Below are positions 1 through 9,901 of a DNA stretch of 64,000 nt, in pieces. The notes under the pieces were generated by a model that had not been told where the DNA came from, searched no databases, and worked only from the letters and a program-made list of their open reading frames with translations. Numbering within the stretch: position 1 is the stretch's first letter; the number at the start of each line of letters is the position of its first letter. The stretch comes from Abditibacteriaceae bacterium (GTDB lineage: Bacteria > Armatimonadota > Abditibacteriia > Abditibacteriales > Abditibacteriaceae). Both the position numbers and the translations under genes were made by a program. The stretch lies in contig OZ255721.1 of NCBI GenBank assembly GCA_965277285.1, forward strand, positions 1,920,001 through 1,984,000, in the 5' to 3' direction.

Positions 1-2
1 TG

Positions 3-779
3 CGTCAAAGTGCGGCGCATCGCGCGGCGCAACGCTTGATTGAACGCGATCAAATTGGCGTACCGTCGGCTTTGGCGTTGCGCTGGGGCGTGCCGTTCGC
101 CGCGCCATCGTCTGCGTTGTCAGCGGCGCAAATCGAAGCGAGCGACGATTTGGGACGGCTGCCTTCGTCGTATGCGGCGCTCGATTTGGCGTTGTCATTC
201 GTCTTGCTCAACAGGAAATCGAGTACTCGAACCGTGGCGAACGGCCAGGTTTGGGCGCGCGAGATAGGCGGCGCCACCAGCGTGATGTTGGAAAGCGAAA
301 GTGCGACAGCGCCAGGCGCCACGGCGACGCTGCTTTTCGCGGGCGCCGAAAGCTGGAGCGCGCCGCTGCCACGATTGGAAATTTGCGGCACGCAAGGGCG
401 CTTTCTGGTCTGCGAAGCGGGACGGCGTTTGTGGCTGCATCATCCGCGCGAGGCGGCGCGTTTCTGGGAGCCGCCGGGACTTTCGCACCACGTTTCGAGC
501 GCCAACATCAGCGGCTTAGCCGAAGACTTGAAAGCGTTTTTGGCGTGGTGCGTCGCGCCCGAAAAAGAAAGCGACGCGCTTTTGAACGAATCAAACGCGG
601 GCTTGCACGCTGCGATGACGGCCTTATGGGTTTTGGAAGCCGCGGCGCGTTCGTTACGCGATGGTCAAATTGCAACCTGGTCGCTGCCGCTTTCGAGTAC
701 TCGATTGGAGAACGCGCCAGCCGCGTCGAGTAAAAACGTGTCACCAATTGTTCAACCGACATTGATGCTGCCGCTCTGA
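3..779 (+). CDS. C-terminal part of a divergent Gfo/Idh/MocA-like oxidoreductase (5' end outside window)
   Basis: Frame open from window start; RLEICGTQG and late 'EDLKAFL...ALWVLEAAARS' resemble Gfo/Idh/MocA C-terminal domain. Confidence 0.45.
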   Translation, partial: RQSAAHRAAQRLIERDQIGVPSALALRWGVPFAAPSSALSAAQIEASDDLGRLPSSYAALDLALSFVLLNRKSSTRTVANGQVWAREIGGATSVMLESESATAPGATATLLFAGAESWSAPLPRLEICGTQGRFLVCEAGRRLWLHHPREAARFWEPPGLSHHVSSANISGLAEDLKAFLAWCVAPEKESDALLNESNAGLHAAMTALWVLEAAARSLRDGQIATWSLPLSSTRLENAPAASSKNVSPIVQPTLMLPL

Positions 780-1048
780 TAATTTGATGATCCGTAACTC
801 AGGTTTGTAAGTGCCAGCCGCTGAAGCATCGGGCTGAAAAGGGCAAGACCGCTCAAGCGGCCTCCAAACGGCGTAAAGCGCATCGAGCCAGTCCCATTTG
901 GGCGCCCTTTGGGCAGCGGCTTTGTGATTCAGTCCGCTCCTTCCTTTATGGCACATGACATTTGATGTGTAACCTGCATCGCATGTCGCTAACCGCACAA
1001 GCCGTCAACTTTTACCGATTTCGGTTCATCGTTCGATTCCACGTTTTT

Positions 1049-2407
1049 ATGTCTGTGCCTAATCGTCCGCCGGAATCTTCGGCTAAACCTGCGCCCAAAC
1101 CGTTGCCGCGTCCCAAAAATTCTTCGCGCTTGGCATCTCGCGTGGCGGTTTCGACGCGTCCTTTGTTCGATCCGAATGGTTTATACGGCACGCGCACGGC
1201 TCAGCGTCGGCGCGCGGTTCGACGGCGCCGACGCTTTCAGAACGCCATAATTTTTCTGCTGCTGGTCGCGCTTATCGGCGGTGGATTATGGCGATGGAAG
1301 ATGATGCGCACGCTTTCCGCAGCCAGTTCGTGGCAAGTGAAACTGAATGCAACTCCCTCAGCGGCGCCTTTGCGGATCGGTTCGACGTTGCTGGTGCCGA
1401 CCTTCGACGGCAAATTACTGGCGCTCGATGAATCATCAACTGCACCGCGTACACTTTTCGCCGCTGATTTTCCATTACGCACATCGCCCGTCGCGCTGAG
1501 TTCCGGCGTTGTCGTGACAAGCGAAGACGGAACGGTTTCCTTGATTGACCCGAACAACGGGAAAGTTCTGTGGAAATGGCAATCTTTGGCCACAATTTCA
1601 ACACGTCCGATTGCACTTCGAGTACTCGATGCGCTTAAAATCGCGTCTATGAAATTGATTATCGTTGGCGATGATGATGGAAACGTGACTGCATTGGATG
1701 CAAGCGATGGCAAACTTCTTTGGGCGCGAAGTGTTGGCGCCACAGTGGGAAATGGCTTGGCGGCGAGCGTTGACGGCGCGTTCGTTTATGTGCCGTTGTT
1801 AGGCAACGCGCAAAGTCGCGGCGGAATCGTTTGTCTGGATGCCAAGAGCGGCGCGGTTCTTTGGAAAGTTGATGCGGGCGCCTCGTGCGTGGCAATTCCA
1901 ATGGCGGGCGCAACTGCCTCGCAGGGAAAGGAGGCGCGCCTTTTCGCCTGCGCTGACAACGGTTCGGTATTGTGTTTCGACGCGACCGGAAAACGTCTCT
2001 GGAAAACCTTTGTGCGCCCTTTGGCGACGGCGAGAACCAATGAAGCCGTTGTGCTGCGCGCCGAACCGCTTTTGAAAGTTTATGAGTGGGGCGCGCGACT
2101 TTTTGTCGGTGGCAACGATGGCGTTTTGCGTTGCTTAGATGCACGCCAAGGCCGCGAGTTGTGGAGCTTTCCGACAGGCGCGCCAGTTTTACAGCGCCCG
2201 TTTGCGGTGCAGATCGCGCAAAATGGCGTAATGCAAGATGCTGTAATTGTCGGTGCTAAGTCGCAACTTTGCGCGCTCGATGTTCGCAGCGGCGCGCTGT
2301 TATGGCATGCTCAAACACACGGCGAAGTCAAGGGCTGGAGCGCGCGCGATAAAACCGCGTGGAGCGTCGCGCACGACGGCGTGGCGGAACGTTTCGCAAT
2401 CAATTGA
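1049..2407 (+). CDS. Membrane-anchored PQQ-type beta-propeller repeat protein (BamB-like)
   Basis: Basic N-terminus, one TM helix, repeated ALDAxxGKxLW motifs; start moved to ATG 1049. Confidence 0.8.
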   Translation: MSVPNRPPESSAKPAPKPLPRPKNSSRLASRVAVSTRPLFDPNGLYGTRTAQRRRAVRRRRRFQNAIIFLLLVALIGGGLWRWKMMRTLSAASSWQVKLNATPSAAPLRIGSTLLVPTFDGKLLALDESSTAPRTLFAADFPLRTSPVALSSGVVVTSEDGTVSLIDPNNGKVLWKWQSLATISTRPIALRVLDALKIASMKLIIVGDDDGNVTALDASDGKLLWARSVGATVGNGLAASVDGAFVYVPLLGNAQSRGGIVCLDAKSGAVLWKVDAGASCVAIPMAGATASQGKEARLFACADNGSVLCFDATGKRLWKTFVRPLATARTNEAVVLRAEPLLKVYEWGARLFVGGNDGVLRCLDARQGRELWSFPTGAPVLQRPFAVQIAQNGVMQDAVIVGAKSQLCALDVRSGALLWHAQTHGEVKGWSARDKTAWSVAHDGVAERFAIN

Positions 2408-2422
2408 GTACTCGAAAACGAA

Positions 2423-3253
2423 TCAATTTGTATCAGTTTCTTCCTGCCAGCACGCTTGTAGTTGCAACGTGATTTTGCCGCGATTGAAAAACTGGGAAGA
2501 TTCTTCGGCCACAATTTCGCCAACCCCGCGTAGGCCGGACGCAGCGGACGTGAAGCAAAAGTCGTCCGCCGCCAGAATATCATTCAACGAGAAACGATCT
2601 TCGCGCGTCGGGATTTGCATTTCATGCGCCCAATCCAAAACCAGGCGGCGCGCGATTCCAGGCAAGCAGCCGGTTTCCAAGGACGGCGTAAACAAAACGC
2701 CGTCGCGTATCCAGAACAAGTTGGAGCGCGCGCCTTCGCAGATTTCGTCGCGTTCGTTCCGCAAAATCGCTTCGTCGAAACCACGATTTTGCGCTTCCTG
2801 CCACGCCATTTGATGATCGAGATAAGACGTTGTTTTGATGCCTGATGTCGCGCGCTGGCTATGCAGGCGAAACGGCGAAAGCGTGACGCGCAAATCCGCC
2901 AATCGAGTACTCGAAACGCTTTGTGCGATGATGGAAAGGTCGCTTTCGCTTGATGTATTCCAGCGGTGGTCGCCGCGCCGCGTCAAGGTTAAGCGCAAAA
3001 TGCCGCGCTCGATGGAGTTGGCGTCAATCACGTTTTGCACGGCATCGCGCAAGGTTTGGTTGTCGAAGGAAAGCGGAATTTGCAAGTGTTGCGCGTCGTG
3101 TCGCAAGCGTTGCAAATGCAGATCGAGCGCGAAAGGACGCGCCTTCCAAACGCCGACGGTTGTAAAAACGCCCCAGCCGAGCAAATTTCCCGCAGAGGTC
3201 GCCGCAATTTGCGCTTCGTCATCGGCGATTAAACGATTGTTGAGCCAGATCAT
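2423..3253 (-). CDS. PLP-dependent aminotransferase class IV (aminodeoxychorismate lyase / branched-chain aminotransferase family)
   Basis: GWGVFTT, HLQRL, IKTTSY catalytic Lys, EGARSNLF, LPGIAR motifs. Confidence 0.9.
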   Translation of the reverse strand: MIWLNNRLIADDEAQIAATSAGNLLGWGVFTTVGVWKARPFALDLHLQRLRHDAQHLQIPLSFDNQTLRDAVQNVIDANSIERGILRLTLTRRGDHRWNTSSESDLSIIAQSVSSTRLADLRVTLSPFRLHSQRATSGIKTTSYLDHQMAWQEAQNRGFDEAILRNERDEICEGARSNLFWIRDGVLFTPSLETGCLPGIARRLVLDWAHEMQIPTREDRFSLNDILAADDFCFTSAASGLRGVGEIVAEESSQFFNRGKITLQLQACWQEETDTN

Positions 3254-3265
3254 CGGAGTAAGATT

Positions 3266-4294
3266 TTACGGCGAAGTTGCAGTTGTTATTGTTTCATCGC
3301 GCGGCGCGAGCACTTTCAAGGCTCCAGGAAGGACACCAATTGCAATCGGCGTGCGCGTCCATTCATCGCCATCAAGTTGAACCGGAACCGGCTCGTCGCT
3401 TTCGATGGTCAGGCCCGCCGTTTTCCAGTACTCGACTTGCCCGTGTTCGATGTGGCGACCCGTCAAAACTTCCAAAACCTGGCGCACTGAAGCGACTTTA
3501 TTTTGAAACGGAAACAGGCAGACATCGACCAAACCATCATCTAATTGCGCGCGGCTGGTAAAGCGAATATCCCATGCATAGGACGCGGCGTTGCCAACCA
3601 TGACGAGCCACGATTTGTTCGAGTACTCGAAACCTTCGGCGAAGCGCAGGCGCAACGGCGTGCCATGATGCGAAATGCCATTTTGCAGGACTTTGACGAC
3701 ATAGGCGAAATCGCGCAGCACATATTTCAAGCGCAAGCTGGTGTCTTCCACAACTTTGGCATCGAAACCAACGCCCGCCATTAAAAGGAAAAACCGCTCT
3801 TCGTCGCCTTCGTGATCGGGTGAAAGCGCGCGCGCCGTTCCCACATCAACGGTACGAACGTGTCCCTGACGAATAACGCGGCAAGCGGCGCGTAAACTAC
3901 CCTCGATGCCCAGGTTGAAGGCGAATACGTTGCCGGTTCCCATCGGCAAAACGCCTAAAATCGGCGTCGCATCACGAGCCTTTGCGCTTGACGTGGCGGC
4001 GCCGAATTCTTTCGCATCAAGCGTTTTCTGCTCCATCAAACCGCTGGCGACGGCGTTTACGGTTCCGTCGCCACCCGCCGCGACAACAACGCCAAAGCCA
4101 TCGCGCGTGGCCTGTCGCGCGCGATGCACGACTTGTTCGCGCGTCGTTTCAAACGCGACTTCGACTTGAAGCGAGGCTCGGCCACTGCGTTCGCGCTCGA
4201 TGTCGCGGCGCGCGATGTCCACCAATCGCTGCTTGTTGACGCGACCGGCTCCGGCACCCGCCGTCGGATTGGCGATAATGAGTACTCGATTCAT
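3266..4294 (-). CDS. Diacylglycerol/lipid kinase family protein (YegS/DagK-like)
   Basis: IANPTAG, GGDGT, PMGTGNVFA, GVGFDA, QLDGD motifs. Confidence 0.9.
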   Translation of the reverse strand: MNRVLIIANPTAGAGAGRVNKQRLVDIARRDIERERSGRASLQVEVAFETTREQVVHRARQATRDGFGVVVAAGGDGTVNAVASGLMEQKTLDAKEFGAATSSAKARDATPILGVLPMGTGNVFAFNLGIEGSLRAACRVIRQGHVRTVDVGTARALSPDHEGDEERFFLLMAGVGFDAKVVEDTSLRLKYVLRDFAYVVKVLQNGISHHGTPLRLRFAEGFEYSNKSWLVMVGNAASYAWDIRFTSRAQLDDGLVDVCLFPFQNKVASVRQVLEVLTGRHIEHGQVEYWKTAGLTIESDEPVPVQLDGDEWTRTPIAIGVLPGALKVLAPRDETITTATSP

Positions 4295-4755
4295 TGGTGA
4301 AGCATCAAAATAATGCTTGTCCTTTGAGTGCCACCAAAGCGGAAACTAAAACACCCAAGGCCAAGCTTGAACAGCAAGCTCGGCCAACTCTTGTGAGCGC
4401 GCTTCGATTTCACTGCGTCCCCATTTTTTGTTTTTGGCAATGTTCGAGTTAAAGGCAAGTTCCGAAACCTCAGAAAAGGTTGTTTGCGGGAAAACTCATT
4501 ATGAGAGTTCTTCCAAGTCAATTTATCGCGGAGCAATGTAGATTGCCAATGCGACTTAATAAGTCTATAGCCTCTCCTTCTATCAACCCGGCTTCTTTTA
4601 AGGCTGCTTTAAGGCTGCTTCGGAGGGGTTTCTCGGTAAGACGTGTTCTACATGAACTTTATTTGGCCCTTGGATACGTGTTACTGACGAACAAAGATTT
4701 CCGCCTAATCCGCCTAACATTCGTTTTATCAGATTGCAGAATTTGCGCTACATAT

Positions 4756-6162
4756 TTACGCCGCGTCATCCTCATCCGCGTTTCGAGTACTCGATTCGAC
4801 GGGCAGCTTCATCGAAAGCGATGTGATGCGCAAACGTTCGATGGCTTCGACGCGCAGAATGACATCGTTGATTTCCACTTCGTCGCCGACTTGCGCGGGA
4901 CGACCCAAAACGCCCAGCACCAGACCGGCCATTGTATCGGCGTCTTCATCGGAAAAACCGGTGCGAAAACGGTCGTTGATTTCGTCAATCAAAATGCGCC
5001 CTGGCATGCGCACGCTGCCGTCTTCCAGTTCCTCGATTTCGGCGCGCGGCGCATCAAATTCGTCGTGAACGTCGCCGAAAACTTGTTGCAGCAAATCGCC
5101 CATCGTAATCAAACCGGACGTGCCGCCGTATTCGTCGATCACAATCGCCATTTGCTGGCGGCGGCGCTTGAACTCGATCAGCATTCGGTCGATGGCGATG
5201 GTTTCCGGCACGCGCGCCGCTTCGCGCACCAGCGGCAGCAAGTTGACTACACGCTCGCCGTCCAAAGGCTGTCCGTCCGGCGAATGAGTACTCAATTCGG
5301 CCTCGAAGCGCACCAAATCTTTCAAGTGAACCACGCCCACGATGTCGTCCAGCGAATCGTTGTAAACCGGAATGCGCGTGTGCGGCTGACTGCGCAACAA
5401 CGCCGTCAGGTCGGAAAGCGGCATTTCAAACGGCACGCCTTGCATTTCGACGCGCGGCACCATGACTTCGCGCGCCGTCAGGTCGGAAAACTTGACGACA
5501 CGATGCAAAATCTCGCGCTCGGTCGCGCTGATTTCGCCGCCTTCGTGCGACTGCGTGAAAATCAAATCGAGTTCTTCCGCCGAATGCACCGACGCGTGAC
5601 TTCCGCCGGACGATTGCAAGCCGACCAGCCGCAAAACGATGCTGCCTAAGCCGTCCAAAAACCAGACGAGAGGCGTGCAAAGTTTCATAAACAGCGTGAT
5701 TGGTCGCACCAGAAACAAGGCGGCGGCTTCGGATTTTTGCAGCGCGAGGTTTTTTGGCACCAATTCGCCGATCACGACGTGCATCGTCGTCATCACGAAA
5801 TAGGCGAGCGCGGTCGCCAAACCAAAACTGGTGATGCCCAGAAAGGGCGCTTTCATCCAACCGAAAATCGGGTGCAACAACGGTTCGAGAATTTGTTCGC
5901 CGATGCCGCCCAACAGCAGGCTGGTCACGGTGACGCCGATTTGCGTGGCGGCGATCAGGCGATTAAGGTCTTTGAGGGCGCGTTGTACCAACACGGCGGA
6001 ACGATTGCCTTCGGCGGCGATTTGGTCGATGCGCGTGCGTCGCAGGGAAACCAGGGCGAACTCGGAGGCGACGAAAAATCCGTTGACCAGAACGAGAGTC
6101 AGCACAACTAACAGCTTGAGCGCGACTTCGCCTGGCGTCGTAGGAAGAGGAGGATCGGTCAT
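4756..6162 (-). CDS. HlyC/CorC (CNNM + CBS + CorC_HlyC) membrane protein
   Basis: NGFFVASEFALV, VIGELVPK, MVPR, DEYGGTSG motifs. Confidence 0.92.
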   Translation of the reverse strand: MTDPPLPTTPGEVALKLLVVLTLVLVNGFFVASEFALVSLRRTRIDQIAAEGNRSAVLVQRALKDLNRLIAATQIGVTVTSLLLGGIGEQILEPLLHPIFGWMKAPFLGITSFGLATALAYFVMTTMHVVIGELVPKNLALQKSEAAALFLVRPITLFMKLCTPLVWFLDGLGSIVLRLVGLQSSGGSHASVHSAEELDLIFTQSHEGGEISATEREILHRVVKFSDLTAREVMVPRVEMQGVPFEMPLSDLTALLRSQPHTRIPVYNDSLDDIVGVVHLKDLVRFEAELSTHSPDGQPLDGERVVNLLPLVREAARVPETIAIDRMLIEFKRRRQQMAIVIDEYGGTSGLITMGDLLQQVFGDVHDEFDAPRAEIEELEDGSVRMPGRILIDEINDRFRTGFSDEDADTMAGLVLGVLGRPAQVGDEVEINDVILRVEAIERLRITSLSMKLPVESSTRNADEDDAA

Positions 6163-6224
6163 AGAGATTGCGAACGGGATGAAAACTTATTTTGGTAGCG
6201 ATTCGATGGAATGAGTATGGTCAA

Positions 6225-6288
6225 CGAACCCGAAGCGTGAGCGAGGGAGATGTAACGAACGGTCTCCCTCGCTCACGCTTCGGGTTCG
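6225..6288. repeat. REP-like hairpin, family A (CGAACCCGAAGCGTGAGCGAGGGAGA arm)
   Basis: Perfect 26-bp inverted repeat; near-identical copy at 16027. Confidence 0.85.
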
Positions 6289-6557
6289 CAGCTCTCACCA
6301 CTTTCTTTTACAACCAACGTAATTGATAAAAGTAAAACAGCGCGCTTAGTGTAAAGGTGCCAGCAACAAAACTGCAACTTTTGTTTGCAACCCACGCGCT
6401 CGCAAGCGCACTATCGAGTACTCGAACAACGGATAAAATGAGGCGCAGGTGATCTGGCGCGCGATTTCGATAAAATGAAAAGCAGGCAACCAACTTTTAG
6501 TAACCTTGTCCAATGGAAGACTTTCCCGCTTTTGATGCGTTAGGTTGCCACTTCCTT

Positions 6558-7841
6558 ATGAAAACGTTTTCTGAAAAACCCGCCGTTGCGCCACTTGCAT
6601 CGCCTCGTGTGACACAGCGCCCGATGCGACGATTGGGGCCGCGCTTCAAAATTATCGACAGCTATTTGCTGCGTTGCTTGGCGAGTTCCACAGTGCGCGG
6701 ATTGTTGTGGTTTGGCGGATTGTTGGTGATGGTCGCGGTGATTACCGCCGCGCGCAAAGCATCCGATCAATCGCTGCCACTAAGCAGCATGATTCAACTG
6801 ATTTACCTGCAATTGCCGCGCGTTTTCCTGTTTTCGCTGCCAATGGGCGTTTTGTATGGCACGACCGAAGCGTTTACCGAATTGTCCGGCAACGGCGAAT
6901 TGACGGCGATTTTCGCGGCGGGCGCCAGTCTGCGACGCTTGTTGCAAATGCCGCTTTGCTGGGGAATTGCGCTGACATTATTTTCGTTTTTCGTGCAGGA
7001 CGCTCTGGTGCCGCGCGCCGAAGTCGCTAAAAACCAGGTCGTCGCCAACAGCGTGATGGCGGCTCTGGGGAACGGAAAACTGATTTATCAAGACCCGCCG
7101 CCCGGTCAAGGCTCGCTGCGGCGCATCGTGCAAGCGCAACGTTTCGACCCGAAAACCAACACTTTGACACGTCCTGTGGTGCAAATTTTCGATGCCGATC
7201 AACGTTTGGCCTTGCAAATTTCCGCCGAGCGCGGCATCTGGAACCGCGACACCAATCGCTGGAAGTTTATGCACGGCCAGTTGACGATTTTTCCTACGCA
7301 AAACGCCAACGCTTCGAGTACTCGAAAGCATGTCGATAACGCCAATAACAGTGCCAGCATGAGTTCTGAGTTTGATGAACTCGAGCGCAATGAAGCGCCC
7401 GCGCCCGGCGTTCTCAGCGGCGCGACGAAGACCTTGCGCCAGCACATGGAACACGGCGACTTCGAGATGACGACGTTTTCCCAATTGTGGAATTATCGCG
7501 CGCAACTGATGGAGCAAGGCCCGGACGCCGATCAGACGTCCGCCAACCATCAAAAACTGCTGCGCGTTCTGACTTACGGGTTGCACGACAAAATCGCCAC
7601 GCCTTTGATTTGCCTGTGTCTGGTTCTGGTCGGCCTGCCTTTGGGCTTGCGGCCTCAACGTGCGGGCGCCGGTTTCGCGGTCGGCTCGTCGATGATTGTG
7701 CTGCTGCTGTATTATTCGCTATGGACGTGGACTTCGACAGCGGGCGTTCAAGGTCAGGGAAATCCGCTCGTGCTGGCTTACATTGGACCGTTTGTCATCG
7801 CTCTGGTCGGCCTCGCATTGTTGTGGCGCAAGCGTTTATGA
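6558..7841 (+). CDS. LptF/LptG family LPS export permease
   Basis: IIDSYLL, LSGNGELTAIFAAGASLRR, periplasmic domain, C-terminal TM helices with LPLG. Confidence 0.88.
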   Translation: MKTFSEKPAVAPLASPRVTQRPMRRLGPRFKIIDSYLLRCLASSTVRGLLWFGGLLVMVAVITAARKASDQSLPLSSMIQLIYLQLPRVFLFSLPMGVLYGTTEAFTELSGNGELTAIFAAGASLRRLLQMPLCWGIALTLFSFFVQDALVPRAEVAKNQVVANSVMAALGNGKLIYQDPPPGQGSLRRIVQAQRFDPKTNTLTRPVVQIFDADQRLALQISAERGIWNRDTNRWKFMHGQLTIFPTQNANASSTRKHVDNANNSASMSSEFDELERNEAPAPGVLSGATKTLRQHMEHGDFEMTTFSQLWNYRAQLMEQGPDADQTSANHQKLLRVLTYGLHDKIATPLICLCLVLVGLPLGLRPQRAGAGFAVGSSMIVLLLYYSLWTWTSTAGVQGQGNPLVLAYIGPFVIALVGLALLWRKRL

Positions 7842-7888
7842 GTTCGATTTCGAGTACTCGATCTCTCCGAAGTCGCTAAGGATACCGA

Positions 7889-9712
7889 ATGCAGGCTGGC
7901 AGCAGAATTAAAGAGAAAAATTCGGTTTTCCCATTGCGTTGCGCGACTTTCTGGTTGGTCTGGCGCGCGGAATTGGTGGTCGCATTTTTTTGCGCCGTGA
8001 TGTTTTTGTGGCACTTGAACGTGTTGCCTTTGACGACGCCCAACGAAGGCTTGTATGCGCAAGTCGCCCGCGAAATGTCGGAGCGACACGACTGGATTTT
8101 GCCGCATTTGAACGGCGGTTTCTATTTTGAAAAACCGCCTTTGCTGTACTGGCTGATGGCGCTGTGCTTGAAATTGCCGTTCGATCCCGCACTGTCCGCG
8201 CGCTTGCCATCGGCCTTGGCCGGATGCTTGACGACAATTGTCGTTTTCGTGTTGGGTCAGCGTTTCTACGGAAAAAGCGGCGGGACGTTCTGCGCTCTGG
8301 TTCTTTCGACGTGCCTGGGTTTCGTCATCATGGCGCATCAAGTGATGTTCGACGCGCTGATGACAGCGCTGATGACGCTCGCGCTCGCTTGCTGGTGGAT
8401 CGCGTCCGAAAACATCGCCGACAACCAATCGAGTACTCGAAACGCTCCAGCGAGAAGCGGCGCAACGCGAAAAGCACAACTTTGGATGGATGTGACCTAC
8501 ATCGCGTTGGCGTTGTGCGTTTTAACTAAAGGCTTTATCGGCTTTTTATTACCATTGTTGATAGTCTTGGGTTACGGTTTCGTGACGCGCGATTGGAGTC
8601 GTTTGCGCCCTTTGCGTTCGTGCTTCGGCATCGCGTTGTTTTTGATAATCGCGGTTCCGTGGCACGTTTTGGCTTCGCTGCGTCAGGCGGATTTCGCGTG
8701 GTTTTATTTCATCAACGAACACGTTTTGCGTTTTCTGGGACGTCGCCATCCGGCCGATTTCCCCAAAGGCCCGCCTTATACGGCGCCAATTTCAGTGATC
8801 GCTTTGGCTTTGCCGTGGAGTTTCCTGCTGCCGCTCGCTTTGCGGCAATCATGGACGCAGATCAAAATTAAAGACAACGAAACGCGCTCGCAGCAGATTT
8901 TTCTCTGCTGTTGGATATTGGTTCCTCTGGTGTTTTTCACGCTATCCAAGACGCGCAGCGCCTACTATTTATTGCCGTGCGTGCCGCCTCTCGCATTGCT
9001 CATCGGCAACCTGTGGAACCTTGCGATTGAGAGAAACAGCGAAAATAAAACCCGCGAAAATGCCAAGTTGCATCGTTTTTTCTTATGCACTTTCGCGGCG
9101 ATTTTTGTGGTCAGCATTATCGTATGGATCATTAGCGGCGTGCGCATCGCGCGTTTCGACGGCAAAAACATGGAGCAATATGGGCGCTTTGTGCTCGCGT
9201 TTAGCGGCATCTTGCCGCTTGTGACAGGCAGCGGATTGGCATTATTTTTCTTGATGCAGCACCGTTCTTTGCGTCTGGTGTTGAACACGCTGACCGCCGC
9301 GACATTGATTGGTTGGTCGACCGTGCTCGCTGTGTGGCCGTTTTATCAAGTCGCCGATACCGAAAATCAACTGGCGGCGGCTATCGTGCATGCTCATCCG
9401 CCCGATCATGCGCTGATCGCGGTTTACGGTCGCTTGGAAGAACACTCGGCGTTTCTTTTCTATCTTCCGCAACGCTTGCGCCCGATTCACATTGTCGAGG
9501 GTCAGTTCGGCGGCGATTTGGAATTTGGCAGCCGCTTTCCTGAATCGCGCCCGCTTTTCCTTTTCCGCGCGCAGTTTTCGCAAATGGCGGCGCGCGAAAT
9601 CGCCGCACATCGTCCGGTTTATTTGCTGGCCGCCAAGAAAGAACGTGCTATTCCTCCCTTCCTGCATCTCATCGCAAGGCAGGAAGACACCAACTTGTGG
9701 GGCACACAATAA
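7889..9712 (+). CDS. ArnT-like membrane glycosyltransferase (GT-C)
   Basis: EGLYAQVAREM, YFEKPPLLYW, LTKG, AVPW, YYLLP motifs; many TM helices. Confidence 0.88.
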   Translation: MQAGSRIKEKNSVFPLRCATFWLVWRAELVVAFFCAVMFLWHLNVLPLTTPNEGLYAQVAREMSERHDWILPHLNGGFYFEKPPLLYWLMALCLKLPFDPALSARLPSALAGCLTTIVVFVLGQRFYGKSGGTFCALVLSTCLGFVIMAHQVMFDALMTALMTLALACWWIASENIADNQSSTRNAPARSGATRKAQLWMDVTYIALALCVLTKGFIGFLLPLLIVLGYGFVTRDWSRLRPLRSCFGIALFLIIAVPWHVLASLRQADFAWFYFINEHVLRFLGRRHPADFPKGPPYTAPISVIALALPWSFLLPLALRQSWTQIKIKDNETRSQQIFLCCWILVPLVFFTLSKTRSAYYLLPCVPPLALLIGNLWNLAIERNSENKTRENAKLHRFFLCTFAAIFVVSIIVWIISGVRIARFDGKNMEQYGRFVLAFSGILPLVTGSGLALFFLMQHRSLRLVLNTLTAATLIGWSTVLAVWPFYQVADTENQLAAAIVHAHPPDHALIAVYGRLEEHSAFLFYLPQRLRPIHIVEGQFGGDLEFGSRFPESRPLFLFRAQFSQMAAREIAAHRPVYLLAAKKERAIPPFLHLIARQEDTNLWGTQ

Positions 9713-9751
9713 TCACGCACTTTCGAGTACTCGATTACATCCACCCAAATC

Positions 9752-9821
9752 CAGCACCCCGAACGTGAGTGAGGGCTGACGCGCCAGTAACTTCAGCCCC
9801 GCACTCACGTTCGGAGTTCTG
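9752..9821. repeat. Degenerate REP-like hairpin, family A
   Basis: CCGAACGTGAGTG...CACTCACGTTCGG inverted arms related to 6225 element. Confidence 0.6.
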
Positions 9822-9901
9822 TTAGGTCGCTTGTCACAGCGACTTATTTTATCTTGATTTGCCCTCGCACGATTTGCATCCGACGTGCTACCCTTAAAGC
9901 C

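Noticed and set aside
790..945. Intergenic region with short inverted repeats (CGGGCTGAA/TTCAGTCCG, CCGCTCAAGCGG)
   Set aside because: May be a decayed REP/MITE or RNA, but single copy and no recognisable family.
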